The notes: generated by a model from the sequence alone, not told the origin. 16,076 nucleotides of DNA from Cyanophyceae cyanobacterium (GCA_038321985.1 JBBQFN010000057.1:1-16076); one strand, 5' to 3'. Numbered from the stretch's first letter, positions 1 through 7,878 are shown. Made by a program: numbers and translations.

Positions 1-1695
1 AGGACCATCACAAGGGAAGGCATAGCCGAAATCTTTTTTGTCCGGCATCAGCTTAGAACCCCGTGCATCCAACGCACCCTTGACCAAAATCAAAGTGGTA
101 GTATGCAGACCCAAGGCGATCGCATGGTGAACCAAGAAATCCCCAGGACCAATGGTCAGGAACAGAGAGTTGGTGCTGCTATTAATCGCATCCAACCAAC
201 CGGGTAACCAGACATTCGCATAATTCGGCCATGCCGTCGAGGCAATACTATCCGGATTGGACAGTAACACATCAAACCCATAAAGAGCTTTACCGTGAGT
301 CGCTTGAATCCATTGCGCGAATACAGGTTCAATCAAGATTTGCTTTTCGGGAGTACCGAAAGCTACGACTACATCGTTGTGAACATACAGACCCAGAGTA
401 TGGAATCCGAGGAACAACGAGACCCAGCTTAAGTGGGAAATAATCGCTTCCTTATGCTCTAAAACGCGATACAAAACGTTATTTTTGTTCGCTTCCGGGT
501 CGTAATCGCGAACCAGGAAGATCGCGCCGTGAGCAAAGGCTCCCACCATGATGAATCCAGCAATGTACTGGTGGTGGGTGTACAAGGCTGCCTGAGTGGT
601 GTAATCCCGCGCCATGAAAGCGTAGGGAGGCAGACTGTACATATGTTGCGCCACCAGGGAGGTAATCACACCAAGGGAAGCCAAGGCGAGGGCCAACTGG
701 AAGTGCAACGAGTTGTTGAGCGTGTCATAGAGACCTTTGTGGCCTTCACCGAGGTTGCCCGAAGGGGGACGGTGGGCGTTGAGAATCTCTTTGATGCTGT
801 GGCCAATACCGAAGTTGGTGCGGTACATATGACCCGCGATGATGAATAGAACCGCGATCGCCAAATGGTGATGGGCGATATCCGTCAACCACAGAGACTC
901 GGTTTGGGGGTGAAATCCACCTAAGAAGGTGAGGATGGCGGTGCCAGACCCTTGGGCGGTTCCAAATACATGGTTGGCCGTGTCAGGGTTTTGGGCATAC
1001 ACACCCCAGTTCCCGGTGAAGAACGGTGCTAAACCAGCCGGGTGAGGTTTGACGGAGAGGAAGTTATTCCAACCGACATGAACACCGCGAGATTCGGGGA
1101 TAGCAACGTGGACCATGTGACCGGTCCAGGCCAAGGAACTGACACCGAACAGACCGGCCAGGTGGTGGTTCAAGCGGGATTCCGCATTTTTGAACCAGGC
1201 CAACGAGGGACGGAATTTCGGTTGCAGGTGTAACCAACCGGCGAACAACATCACTGCGGCCAAGACCATCAGGAAGATGGCACCTTGGTACAGGTCAGAG
1301 TTCTTGGTCATGCCGATGGTGTACCACCAGTGGTAGACACCGCTATAGGCGATGTTGACTGGGTTTGAAGCGCCCGCTTGGGTGAAGGCATCGACTGCCG
1401 GTGCACCGAATTGGGGGTCCCAAATCGCGTGAGCGATGGGACGGACGTTTAAGGGGTCTTTAATCCACTGCTCGAAGTTGCCTTGCCAAGCGACGTGGAA
1501 CAGGTTGCCTGATGTCCAGAGGAAGATGATGGCCAGGTGACCGAAATGGGAGGCGAAAATCTTTTGGTAAAGATTTTCCTCGGTCATTCCGTCATGGCTT
1601 TCAAAGTCGTGGGCGGTTGCAATCCCGTACCAAATCCGACGTGTTGTCGGGTCTGCCGCGAGGTCTTGGCTAAATTTTGGGAATTTTGTTGCCAT
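1..1695 (-). CDS. psaB: Photosystem I P700 chlorophyll a apoprotein A2 (PsaB), 5' part; continues beyond the left window edge
   Basis: Manual translation from ATG at 1695 gives [53 protein letters not shown], and the frame ends at the window edge with [27 protein letters not shown] (first FX cysteine). GAGGA RBS upstream. Absent from the ORF track because there is no stop in the window. Confidence 0.99.
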   Translation of the reverse strand, partial: MATKFPKFSQDLAADPTTRRIWYGIATAHDFESHDGMTEENLYQKIFASHFGHLAIIFLWTSGNLFHVAWQGNFEQWIKDPLNVRPIAHAIWDPQFGAPAVDAFTQAGASNPVNIAYSGVYHWWYTIGMTKNSDLYQGAIFLMVLAAVMLFAGWLHLQPKFRPSLAWFKNAESRLNHHLAGLFGVSSLAWTGHMVHVAIPESRGVHVGWNNFLSVKPHPAGLAPFFTGNWGVYAQNPDTANHVFGTAQGSGTAILTFLGGFHPQTESLWLTDIAHHHLAIAVLFIIAGHMYRTNFGIGHSIKEILNAHRPPSGNLGEGHKGLYDTLNNSLHFQLALALASLGVITSLVAQHMYSLPPYAFMARDYTTQAALYTHHQYIAGFIMVGAFAHGAIFLVRDYDPEANKNNVLYRVLEHKEAIISHLSWVSLFLGFHTLGLYVHNDVVVAFGTPEKQILIEPVFAQWIQATHGKALYGFDVLLSNPDSIASTAWPNYANVWLPGWLDAINSSTNSLFLTIGPGDFLVHHAIALGLHTTTLILVKGALDARGSKLMPDKKDFGYAFPCDGP

Positions 1696-1757
1696 AGGTC
1701 CTCTGATATCCTGCTGATCTTAATCCTAGTTGATGTTAAGTACCGCAAGTCGATTTG

Positions 1758-1772
1758 ATTTATAGCATACAG
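1758..1772 (-). promoter_or_regulatory. Putative -10/extended -10 element of a psaB-proximal promoter
   Basis: Minus strand reads CTGTATGCTATAAAT (TG-n-TATAAA or TATGCT) about 65 nt upstream of the psaB ATG. Confidence 0.4.
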
Positions 1773-2264
1773 CCAGAGCCTTCTGCCCCATTCGCTATGT
1801 CCGGTAAAGGAGATTCCAATCGGTCCAGATTGCCGGGTCTGTGAGACTGTTTGAAACCGAATTCAGTCAGGGTCTTAAACACCAGGTCTAGTTTTTTGAA
1901 CCTTGATCTCGTTGGTTGCGACAACTGTAGAGCCTCGATACCCACAATTTTAAGAAATTGGGTTTGACCTTCTTTAGTGCGTCGGTATCATGCCAGAAAC
2001 TCAGATGGCGGTAAAAAGTAAAAAAGCGATTGAGGGAAACCAAAAATATCACTCCGCAACCGAGTTTTTTATTTTCTCCCACTTTTTGTACCGAGGCCCG
2101 AGTTGCCATTTAAGAAACGAGGGAGGAAGTTGCTCCGATGCGATCGCCGGATCCTCCTCAACGAGGCAAATTTAGTAATTGTGGTGTAGTTTAGCAAAAT
2201 TTGCGATCGCCTTGAAGGGATTTTGCCTTCTTCAACCCGACTTTCTGCGGGAGACCCCATATCC

Positions 2265-2331
2265 CCTTACAAGAGTAGGTTTTTTACCTCCGGTCCCCTC
2301 CCCTTGGCAAGGGGAGGGTTAGGGTGGGGTC
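2265..2331. repeat. 67-bp cyanobacterial small dispersed hairpin repeat (core CCCCTCCCCTTGGCAAGGGGAGGG), copy 1
   Basis: Reverse complement of 7879-7945 with 3 mismatches; GC-rich palindromic core. Confidence 0.9.
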
Positions 2332-2477
2332 CTTCTTGGGCGATTCCCTACGGGAGAGCTTCCGCTTACCGCCCTTCACAAGGAATGAGTGGGTGGAGAT
2401 TTCAAGCGCGATCGCGCTTGCGCGTAGTTAAAGAGGTTGGCACCCGGCTCCATGACAGGCGCTTAAACCGTTCAGAG

Positions 2478-2590
2478 TGAGTAATACCAATTCCATCAAT
2501 CTTAACTACAGATACGGCCCTGACTCCCCGCTCAATTCGGGAGCATCGGACGTGATTTGTAGCTTTATTTTAGGGAATTGGTATGACTCA
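2478..2590. mobile_element. MITE-like miniature element with terminal inverted repeats ATACCAATTCC...GGAATTGGTAT, long copy
   Basis: TIRs at 2484-2494 and 2574-2584, extendable to TGAGT/ACTCA. The internal sequence GCTCAATTCGGGAGCATCGGA.GTGATTT...GCTTTATTTTAGGGAATTGGTAT is shared with 7783-7850. Confidence 0.7.
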
Positions 2591-2657
2591 AGCATAAATA
2601 AAGGTGAATGCTATGATGCAGTCTGCCATAAAGCTACAGTACAGGGCCCCAACGCAA

Positions 2658-2688
2658 CAATCCCGCCAGAGCTAGTCTGACGGGATTG
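2658..2688 (-). terminator. Stem-loop, likely terminator of a minus-strand transcript
   Basis: Minus strand CAATCCCGTCAGA-CTAGC-TCTGGCGGGATTG is a 13-bp stem with one U-G pair (a C-A mismatch on +), followed by TTGCGTT. Confidence 0.55.
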
Positions 2689-3065
2689 CCTGTTATATCG
2701 ATTTACTAAAAAGACCTGTGAGGTCTGTGTTAACTGGGGTTTTTTCTTATGCTCCTAATCTACCCGAGTCCTGGGGCTGGGGAATCTGCCTGGGGAGGTA
2801 ACTTGACGGGACACTCTCTATTCCCAGCGGATTCGCGGCGGGTGAAATTCTGCGGAATCAATTTGACCGAGACCGAGTTTATCCGTGCCGATTGCAGGGT
2901 GTGCCGGATATCAGCCGGGAAGGAGTTTATCGCCTGAAAGCATCAGGGCCGGGTTTGTCGGTGTTTGTCGGATAAGTGCCGGTTCGGACAGTTATCCGGG
3001 GTGGCGATCGCCTCTTACAGCCGCTATGGGAGTGGCTACTATTGTTTGCAGCGCCGCGTAACCCG

Positions 3066-3100
3066 GTGTTAAGCTGTTAACAGGAAATTAATTAACACAG
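3066..3100 (+). promoter_or_regulatory. Putative operator (TGTTAA/TTAACA inverted repeats) upstream of the RHH gene
   Basis: GTGTTAA (3066-3072), palindrome CTGTTAACAG (3074-3083) and TTAACAC (3092-3098), followed by a GAGG RBS and ATG 3118. Confidence 0.5.
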
Positions 3101-3117
3101 TGACACAAGAGTGAGGT

Positions 3118-3360
3118 ATGCCGATAAAACAACAACCCAGAACAGAGGGGGGGAAATTTAGGAGTCCTTACCCGGAAAGGAGAGGCGAGGTGATCGCTAT
3201 GCGTCTACCCGCCAGTCTTGATTATTTAGTCCGTAAAGAAGCGGAACGAAGTGGGATGAAACCCAATCAAATAATTCCTGAGATTTTAGCGCGTCATTTT
3301 GGATGGCATTCAGAGTCTATTGGGGCCGTTTCCAAATCTAGCTTCCCAAAAGATGATTAA
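3118..3360 (+). CDS. Ribbon-helix-helix (CopG/Arc-like) DNA-binding protein, putative antitoxin/regulator
   Basis: 80 aa. VIAMRLPASLDYLVRKEAERSGMKPNQIIPEILARHF fits the RHH strand-helix-G-helix pattern. GAGG RBS. Its stop overlaps the next start (ATGATTAA). Confidence 0.75.
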   Translation: MPIKQQPRTEGGKFRSPYPERRGEVIAMRLPASLDYLVRKEAERSGMKPNQIIPEILARHFGWHSESIGAVSKSSFPKDD

Positions 3361-3931
3361 CTGTGAATGTTTTGAAGTACCCGTATATCTTCAAAGTAAT
3401 GCTTCTTTGGATAAAGCGTTGTTAGAACCTGCTTTGCATCATGATATGCCTAGTAGTGATTGGGATTGCGACTGGCCTAGGATTTGGAAAAACACTTATT
3501 TTGAGCAAGGGGGGATAATTAAATTAACTGTAACAGGAAAAATATGGGGATTAATGGCTTTTGATTTTTATCCTCCCCCTAAGAATTTCCTAGCAATTTC
3601 ACACATAGAAACTATCCCCGAGAATAGGCAGCCAGAGCAAAGAGCAGTTTCGCCAGTTGGGAAATGGCTAATTTGGTATGTAGTTAATAAAGCTATCGAG
3701 TTTTTCCAAACAGCAGATGATACAACCTCGATTGTAACATTGGAGTCTCTGGAAGATGCTTTTGACTATTACAGGAATATTATTCAAATGCATTACGAGT
3801 ACCCTACATCTATAGCACCAGGAGAAGATGGATATGTCTTTAGTTTTTCATTATCAAACGCCCGAAGTTTCTGCCGAAGAATTGAAAAAGAACTGGGAAA
3901 ACCAACCCTTGTTAAAACCGAAACAAGTTAG
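3353..3931 (+). CDS. Putative GNAT-fold N-acetyltransferase (possible toxin/effector)
   Basis: Likely start ATG 3353 coupled to the RHH stop (the ORF track extends it to 3299). Motifs IWGLM...FLAISHIETIPENR...VSPVGKWLIWYVV...IVTLESLEDAFDYY match the GNAT beta3/beta4, motif-A helix and beta5-alpha4 layout. AT-rich with no HIP1. Confidence 0.65.
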   Translation: MINCECFEVPVYLQSNASLDKALLEPALHHDMPSSDWDCDWPRIWKNTYFEQGGIIKLTVTGKIWGLMAFDFYPPPKNFLAISHIETIPENRQPEQRAVSPVGKWLIWYVVNKAIEFFQTADDTTSIVTLESLEDAFDYYRNIIQMHYEYPTSIAPGEDGYVFSFSLSNARSFCRRIEKELGKPTLVKTETS

Positions 3932-4037
3932 GGCAGGTAGAAAAGAAATAATGACTCGTCAGCAACGAGAAGAATTTTGGAAAAATTCTCCTCTCGCAGA
4001 ACGCTTAGGTTTCACGAAGGAAGAGAAAAATAAGTAA
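3828..4037 (+). CDS. Small charged hypothetical protein overlapping the GNAT 3' end
   Basis: 69-aa ORF. AGGAGA lies just upstream of ATG 3828/3834; alternative starts are TTG ~3882 and ATG ~3951. It extends ~100 nt past the GNAT stop and ends where the AT-rich segment ends. Confidence 0.45.
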   Translation: MDMSLVFHYQTPEVSAEELKKNWENQPLLKPKQVRAGRKEIMTRQQREEFWKNSPLAERLGFTKEEKNK

Positions 4038-4375
4038 TACGCATAGCTCAGTCAGTCGGTCCTCAACGGGTTGGCGGTTCTTCTGAGTGGCGATCGCCTC
4101 TTTCATCCGGGCCCGTTGTCCAGGGGAAAACTTTCAGGGTTGAGAGGCGATCGCATCCCGGTCCAATATCCCCTAAACTGCTGCTTCAAACACTTTAGCT
4201 CATCGCCCGCCGGTCCGCCATCAGTTCGTAAACTGTCGGAGGTGACAGTTTGAGTGGCGATGCAGCCCGGAACCCTGGTCAGAGAGTTTTTCTTCAGGGG
4301 TGGCTAAATCGTGCCACTAAACCACGGGAAATGATTAGTAAATAATAAAACAAAAGGACCCCTAGACATAGTGTT

Positions 4376-6082
4376 CTAAGATACTTTGGGTTCAAATCTT
4401 AATGAAGTCGGCCAAAGCCTATTAGCTATAACTAGCAAATTCTTAGCTCGTTCCTCAATCTCTGATGCACCCCAATTTTCCTGTTGAAGAACCCAACGGT
4501 TTAGCTCGATATGTGTATTTTCGAGTTTAGCTTGCTTCTTTAAAAATGGAAGATTACTCAACTCTGAGTTGTAGCTAGTTAGAGTTAAATTTCCAAAGGT
4601 ATGAAGCAAAGTATCATGAACTTTCTCTGCTTCTGCGCCTAGCTCATCTTTCCATTCCTGAGTCAATGTTTGGGGCAAAATGTGTTCTATTGTTATTGTT
4701 GCTGTCGAAAGATCGACCGTTTCTTTGTGATTAAAAGATTCTTCAAGACGGCAAAGGATGAAACGAGTAGTTTTATTCGCATATTGAGGTTGGTTCATAA
4801 AAGCTGCGTCAAACTCAGCCTCTTTGGGAAAATGACGAGAGAATGATAAAGAAGCATTTAACCAAAGCCAGATATGATTTTCCATGAGTTTAGAATCTGC
4901 CTTGGGGAAGTTTTTAGCCAATTGAATAAAAAATTTGTTCAAGGCGTTAGTTGGTATTTTACAAACAGCCCGCCGGACGACAAAGGACTCGATTAATGTA
5001 AGGCATTTCTCCAAATCAACATCGCTAAGAAGCCCAATCTGGCGAGCATCAAATAGACGCAGTAATAGCGGATAAGAGGTCGTTACTTGAAGTTCGTTGA
5101 TATTCTTCAAACATTTACGAATGTTCGTTGTTTCTTCTTTAGCTGGAAAAAGAAATTTCGCATAAAACTCTCCAAACCTTTGCATAGCATGGACTTCTGC
5201 TTCAACTGCTTCCGTTAATTCCATGCTTTTCAATTTGGCCTTGATAGCAGCATAAATACCACCCTGCTTAATATCCTCCCCATCCTTCATTATGTAGTGG
5301 CGAAGGAATTCAGGGAGGTTGGATTCGAGCATATTCTCAAGGGGAATCCAATATTGTGAGTGAATCCGTTCCTGCTCTCCCCCAGTAGAAATTGAGTGGC
5401 GGAAGCGCATCAATAAATAATTTCTCACCAAGTCAGCTTGGGTAAGTGGTTTACCCTTAAAATTTAGGCTCTCAAAAATTAAATACGGATCGTCATCGTC
5501 ACCCAGATTAATCATTACAACTTGGAAACATTGCTCTAGGGTGATTAACACTTTGCCAATATCTACGGGATTGTCGTTAACGTCAATGCCATTAAGCAAT
5601 TTCTCCCTAAAAAAGTGATAAGCAGCAGCCATCTGAACATCTTTCTTATTTTCTGGAACCTTGCGATCAAGGGCGATGGCACGATACACATCTCGATCTA
5701 CCTGCGTTGGCACAAACTTTAAGGTGTCTTCCGGTTCGCGGAACCGATTGGTCAGGTAAACTTCCTGTATCCGTGAGGCTGAATTTGAATCAGGAAGACA
5801 ATCACGCAGAACGCAGAGAAGTAAAGACACAGTGGTGAGGCGTTGCTGTCCATCAATGATGAGATACTTACTGACTCCTACAGGAACGCTGCGTGCTGGG
5901 ACTGAAACAATCGCGCCCATAAAGTGGGTTCCACTGTCGCCCATGTCATACTGCACCATTAGATCATCCCAGAGCGTCTGCCAATTCGTTTCATTCCAAC
6001 TATATGGACGTTGAAAGAGCGGAATGAGATTTTGTTTTTCCCCGTTGAAATACTGAATAACTTTGGCTGGCGCGGCTTCCAT
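4376..6082 (-). CDS. DUF262 + DUF1524 (HNH) protein, GmrSD-type modification-dependent (type IV) restriction endonuclease family
   Basis: IPLFQRPYSW, IIDGQQRLTT and IFESLNFKGKPLTQADLVRN (DUF262/ParB-like NTPase); TIEHILPQ...GNLTLTSYNSELSN (DUF1524 HNH). AAGGAG RBS. Confidence 0.93.
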   Translation of the reverse strand: MEAAPAKVIQYFNGEKQNLIPLFQRPYSWNETNWQTLWDDLMVQYDMGDSGTHFMGAIVSVPARSVPVGVSKYLIIDGQQRLTTVSLLLCVLRDCLPDSNSASRIQEVYLTNRFREPEDTLKFVPTQVDRDVYRAIALDRKVPENKKDVQMAAAYHFFREKLLNGIDVNDNPVDIGKVLITLEQCFQVVMINLGDDDDPYLIFESLNFKGKPLTQADLVRNYLLMRFRHSISTGGEQERIHSQYWIPLENMLESNLPEFLRHYIMKDGEDIKQGGIYAAIKAKLKSMELTEAVEAEVHAMQRFGEFYAKFLFPAKEETTNIRKCLKNINELQVTTSYPLLLRLFDARQIGLLSDVDLEKCLTLIESFVVRRAVCKIPTNALNKFFIQLAKNFPKADSKLMENHIWLWLNASLSFSRHFPKEAEFDAAFMNQPQYANKTTRFILCRLEESFNHKETVDLSTATITIEHILPQTLTQEWKDELGAEAEKVHDTLLHTFGNLTLTSYNSELSNLPFLKKQAKLENTHIELNRWVLQQENWGASEIEERAKNLLVIANRLWPTSLRFEPKVS

Positions 6083-6124
6083 TATGTTTAATTTCTCCTT
6101 TAGTTGGTGAAAGTTACCTGTTTA

Positions 6125-6226
6125 TTAGGCAATTATAAGGTAAGAGGCGAACTTCTCCTGAGAGAGGTTCATGCGCTTTCGTAGTGTCCGTAGGAGTTCA
6201 ATAATCTGCAAGGTGGATTGAGTCAT
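6125..6226 (-). pseudogene. Truncated Xre/Cro-family helix-turn-helix remnant
   Basis: MTQSTLQIIELLRTLRKRMNLSQEKFASYLIIA* matches Xre helices 1-2 (LR..MNLSQEKFA..L) but stops before the G-V-S...V.RWE recognition helix. Confidence 0.65.
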
Positions 6227-6482
6227 TTCGTTACTATAGCGGTTCGGTGGACTCATGAGGTACTTTTCAAAGCATAAGGCGGCCCAAGACGGGCCGCCAT
6301 CGGTTTGGGACCGCCATCGCTGTACCTTATAAACATGAGAAACGCTATATAACCTGAACAGGCGATATACCATTCTGGATATTTTGTTAAGTTTTTGGGG
6401 CTTGGTCGAGATTGCACCGGCGGCGGGTTGGGACTGAGTGGCTTTTCGCCCGCTGGTCAGATTGTCGGGTTCGGTTGCCAAG

Positions 6483-6568
6483 GTGTCGGGTCCGGCAGTT
6501 TAGAGGCGATCGCACCTGGGGAGGGTTGGGCGGATAAGTGTCGGGTCTGGCAGTTTAGAGGCGATCGC
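6483..6568 (+). repeat. 31-bp direct repeat x2 (GTGTCGGGTCYGGCAGTTTAGAGGCGATCGC) ending in HIP1
   Basis: Copies at 6483-6513 and 6538-6568 differ by one base and are separated by 24 nt. Degenerate relatives near 2976-3011 and 4234-4263. Confidence 0.85.
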
Positions 6569-6792
6569 CTATCAATTTCGGAGTCTAAATCTGACAGGTT
6601 TCACCCCGGCGCATCGCCTCTCCAACCAAGCCCACCCGCGCCGGTGCAAGCAAGACCAACTGCACCAACTGTTAACGGTCAGAATTTCCCGGATTGGGTT
6701 AGCGGTTTGCCCTCAACTCACATCACCTGAATCGTTCGGCGGCAACTCAAATTTGTTGTCGCCTTGAATGGTGACATAACCATCAGAAGGCT

Positions 6793-7302
6793 TCATGCTT
6801 TCTGAATTAATGGAACTAAGTGGATCATGTAATCTTGCTTTCCAATGGGTACACCAGCCATGCGAAGAATATCGTAAGCCGTAACCAGATGGAAGTAGAA
6901 GTTGGGAATTAGAAAATCGTTGACATAGGCATGACCGAATATCTCGATGTAACGATCCTGGTTGTCGATACGCACCAACTCATTGAGCTTTTCATCTTCG
7001 GCGTCAATGCTTGAAAGAAGTTCTTTGGTATTCGCTATATGTTCGTAGGCTGCCGCAACAGAGGTGACTTCTGGAGCAAGATTATCCATCGGTTTACCGT
7101 TACACCATAAAGCAAAGTTGCGAGGTTGATTGCAGGTAAAAGCTATCTGCGTACCAAAAGGCAGCATATCAGTCGCAATCCGCTTGTCGAGAAACGATTC
7201 ACTCTCACCGAAATGCTTTTGAGCTAACTTTAGAAGGTGTTCGAGAGTCGTGAGGCGGCTTTGGAAGAGGGTTGTGATCGCATCTATATTTTGACTTGAC
7301 AT
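6793..7302 (-). CDS. DUF1993 family protein (DinB/YfiT-like helical bundle)
   Basis: DMLPFGTQI...IPNFYFHLVTAYDILRMAGVPIGKQDY is the DUF1993 signature. Start is ATG 7302 or 7329. Confidence 0.9.
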   Translation of the reverse strand: MSSQNIDAITTLFQSRLTTLEHLLKLAQKHFGESESFLDKRIATDMLPFGTQIAFTCNQPRNFALWCNGKPMDNLAPEVTSVAAAYEHIANTKELLSSIDAEDEKLNELVRIDNQDRYIEIFGHAYVNDFLIPNFYFHLVTAYDILRMAGVPIGKQDYMIHLVPLIQKA

Positions 7303-7342
7303 TTTGCGCTTTTTTAATGCAAGGGTCATCGTAGCCGACTTG

Positions 7343-7402
7343 ACTCCCGGCTTTCAGTTGCTTGGCGATCGCATCAGCCACCGAGCAACTGGAAGCCGGA
7401 GT
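7343..7402 (+). repeat. Long imperfect hairpin (~22-bp stem) with HIP1 at the loop
   Basis: ACTCCCGGCTTTCAGTTGCTTGG...CCGAGCAACTGGAAGCCGGAGT pairs on + with two T-G wobbles and one bulged C. Confidence 0.75.
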
Positions 7403-7780
7403 GGTTTGTGCAATTGTAGCAGAGACTTATCTGCGCGGGTGAGGGCAAACTGCCTTACGCTGAGGGGTTGGTGACTCATGCCCCTCGCTTAGATTTCAGG
7501 CCGGAGGTTCTTCATTCCTAGGACGTACTGGCAACAATGTCCGTGGTTTGGCATATTTTCTCACAACGGGCAAAAATGCCATGCCGATCGCCACTGACCG
7601 AGTTAGAACCGATCGCCACCAATAGACCCGAAACAATTCAGAACCCATCGCCGCCCACTAAGAAAGCAGCCAACCCACCCCCCGACCATCAACCCAGCGC
7701 TCAGAAAGGACTCCAGGCGAAGGCGATTCGGCCAAGGATGACCCAGAACGTCAACTGCTCAAACCTAGGCAGTGGTTAAC

Positions 7781-7852
7781 TTATACCAATTCCATGCTCA
7801 ATTCGGGAGCATCGGAGGTGATTTTTCGCTTTATTTTAGGGAATTGGTATAA
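7781..7852. mobile_element. MITE-like element, short copy (33-nt internal deletion relative to 2484-2584)
   Basis: TTATACCAATTCC...GGAATTGGTATAA TIRs; internal sequence nearly identical to the right part of the long copy. Confidence 0.7.
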
Positions 7853-7878
7853 CTCAGGCGATCGCCTGAGTTACGGGA

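Noticed and set aside
231..1758. Plus-strand ORFs 231-443, 529-849, 1042-1233 and 1537-1758
   Set aside because: Antisense shadows of psaB with no recognisable protein features.
1760..2937. Short ORFs of 61-85 aa upstream of psaB
   Set aside because: No RBS or motifs; several run through repeats or the MITE-like element; none resembles the PsaA C-terminus.
6483..6568. Possible CRISPR mini-array
   Set aside because: Only two units, a 24-nt spacer, repeats ending in HIP1, degenerate dispersed relatives, and no cas genes or leader.
6227..6730. N-terminal extension of ORF 6125-6481 and ORF 6395-6730
   Set aside because: Non-ATG starts in repeat-rich DNA; only the last 33 codons of the first ORF look like a real (HTH) protein.
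6731..6790. attC-like site after DUF1993 (GCCGAAC on the minus strand)
   Set aside because: No matching GTTRRRY partner box at a suitable distance and no integron integrase in the window.
7537..7779. 80-aa Pro-rich ORF with repeated EPIAT/EPIAP-like segments
   Set aside because: Arises from degenerate CCGATCGCCAC HIP1-like repeats; no RBS; probably non-coding.
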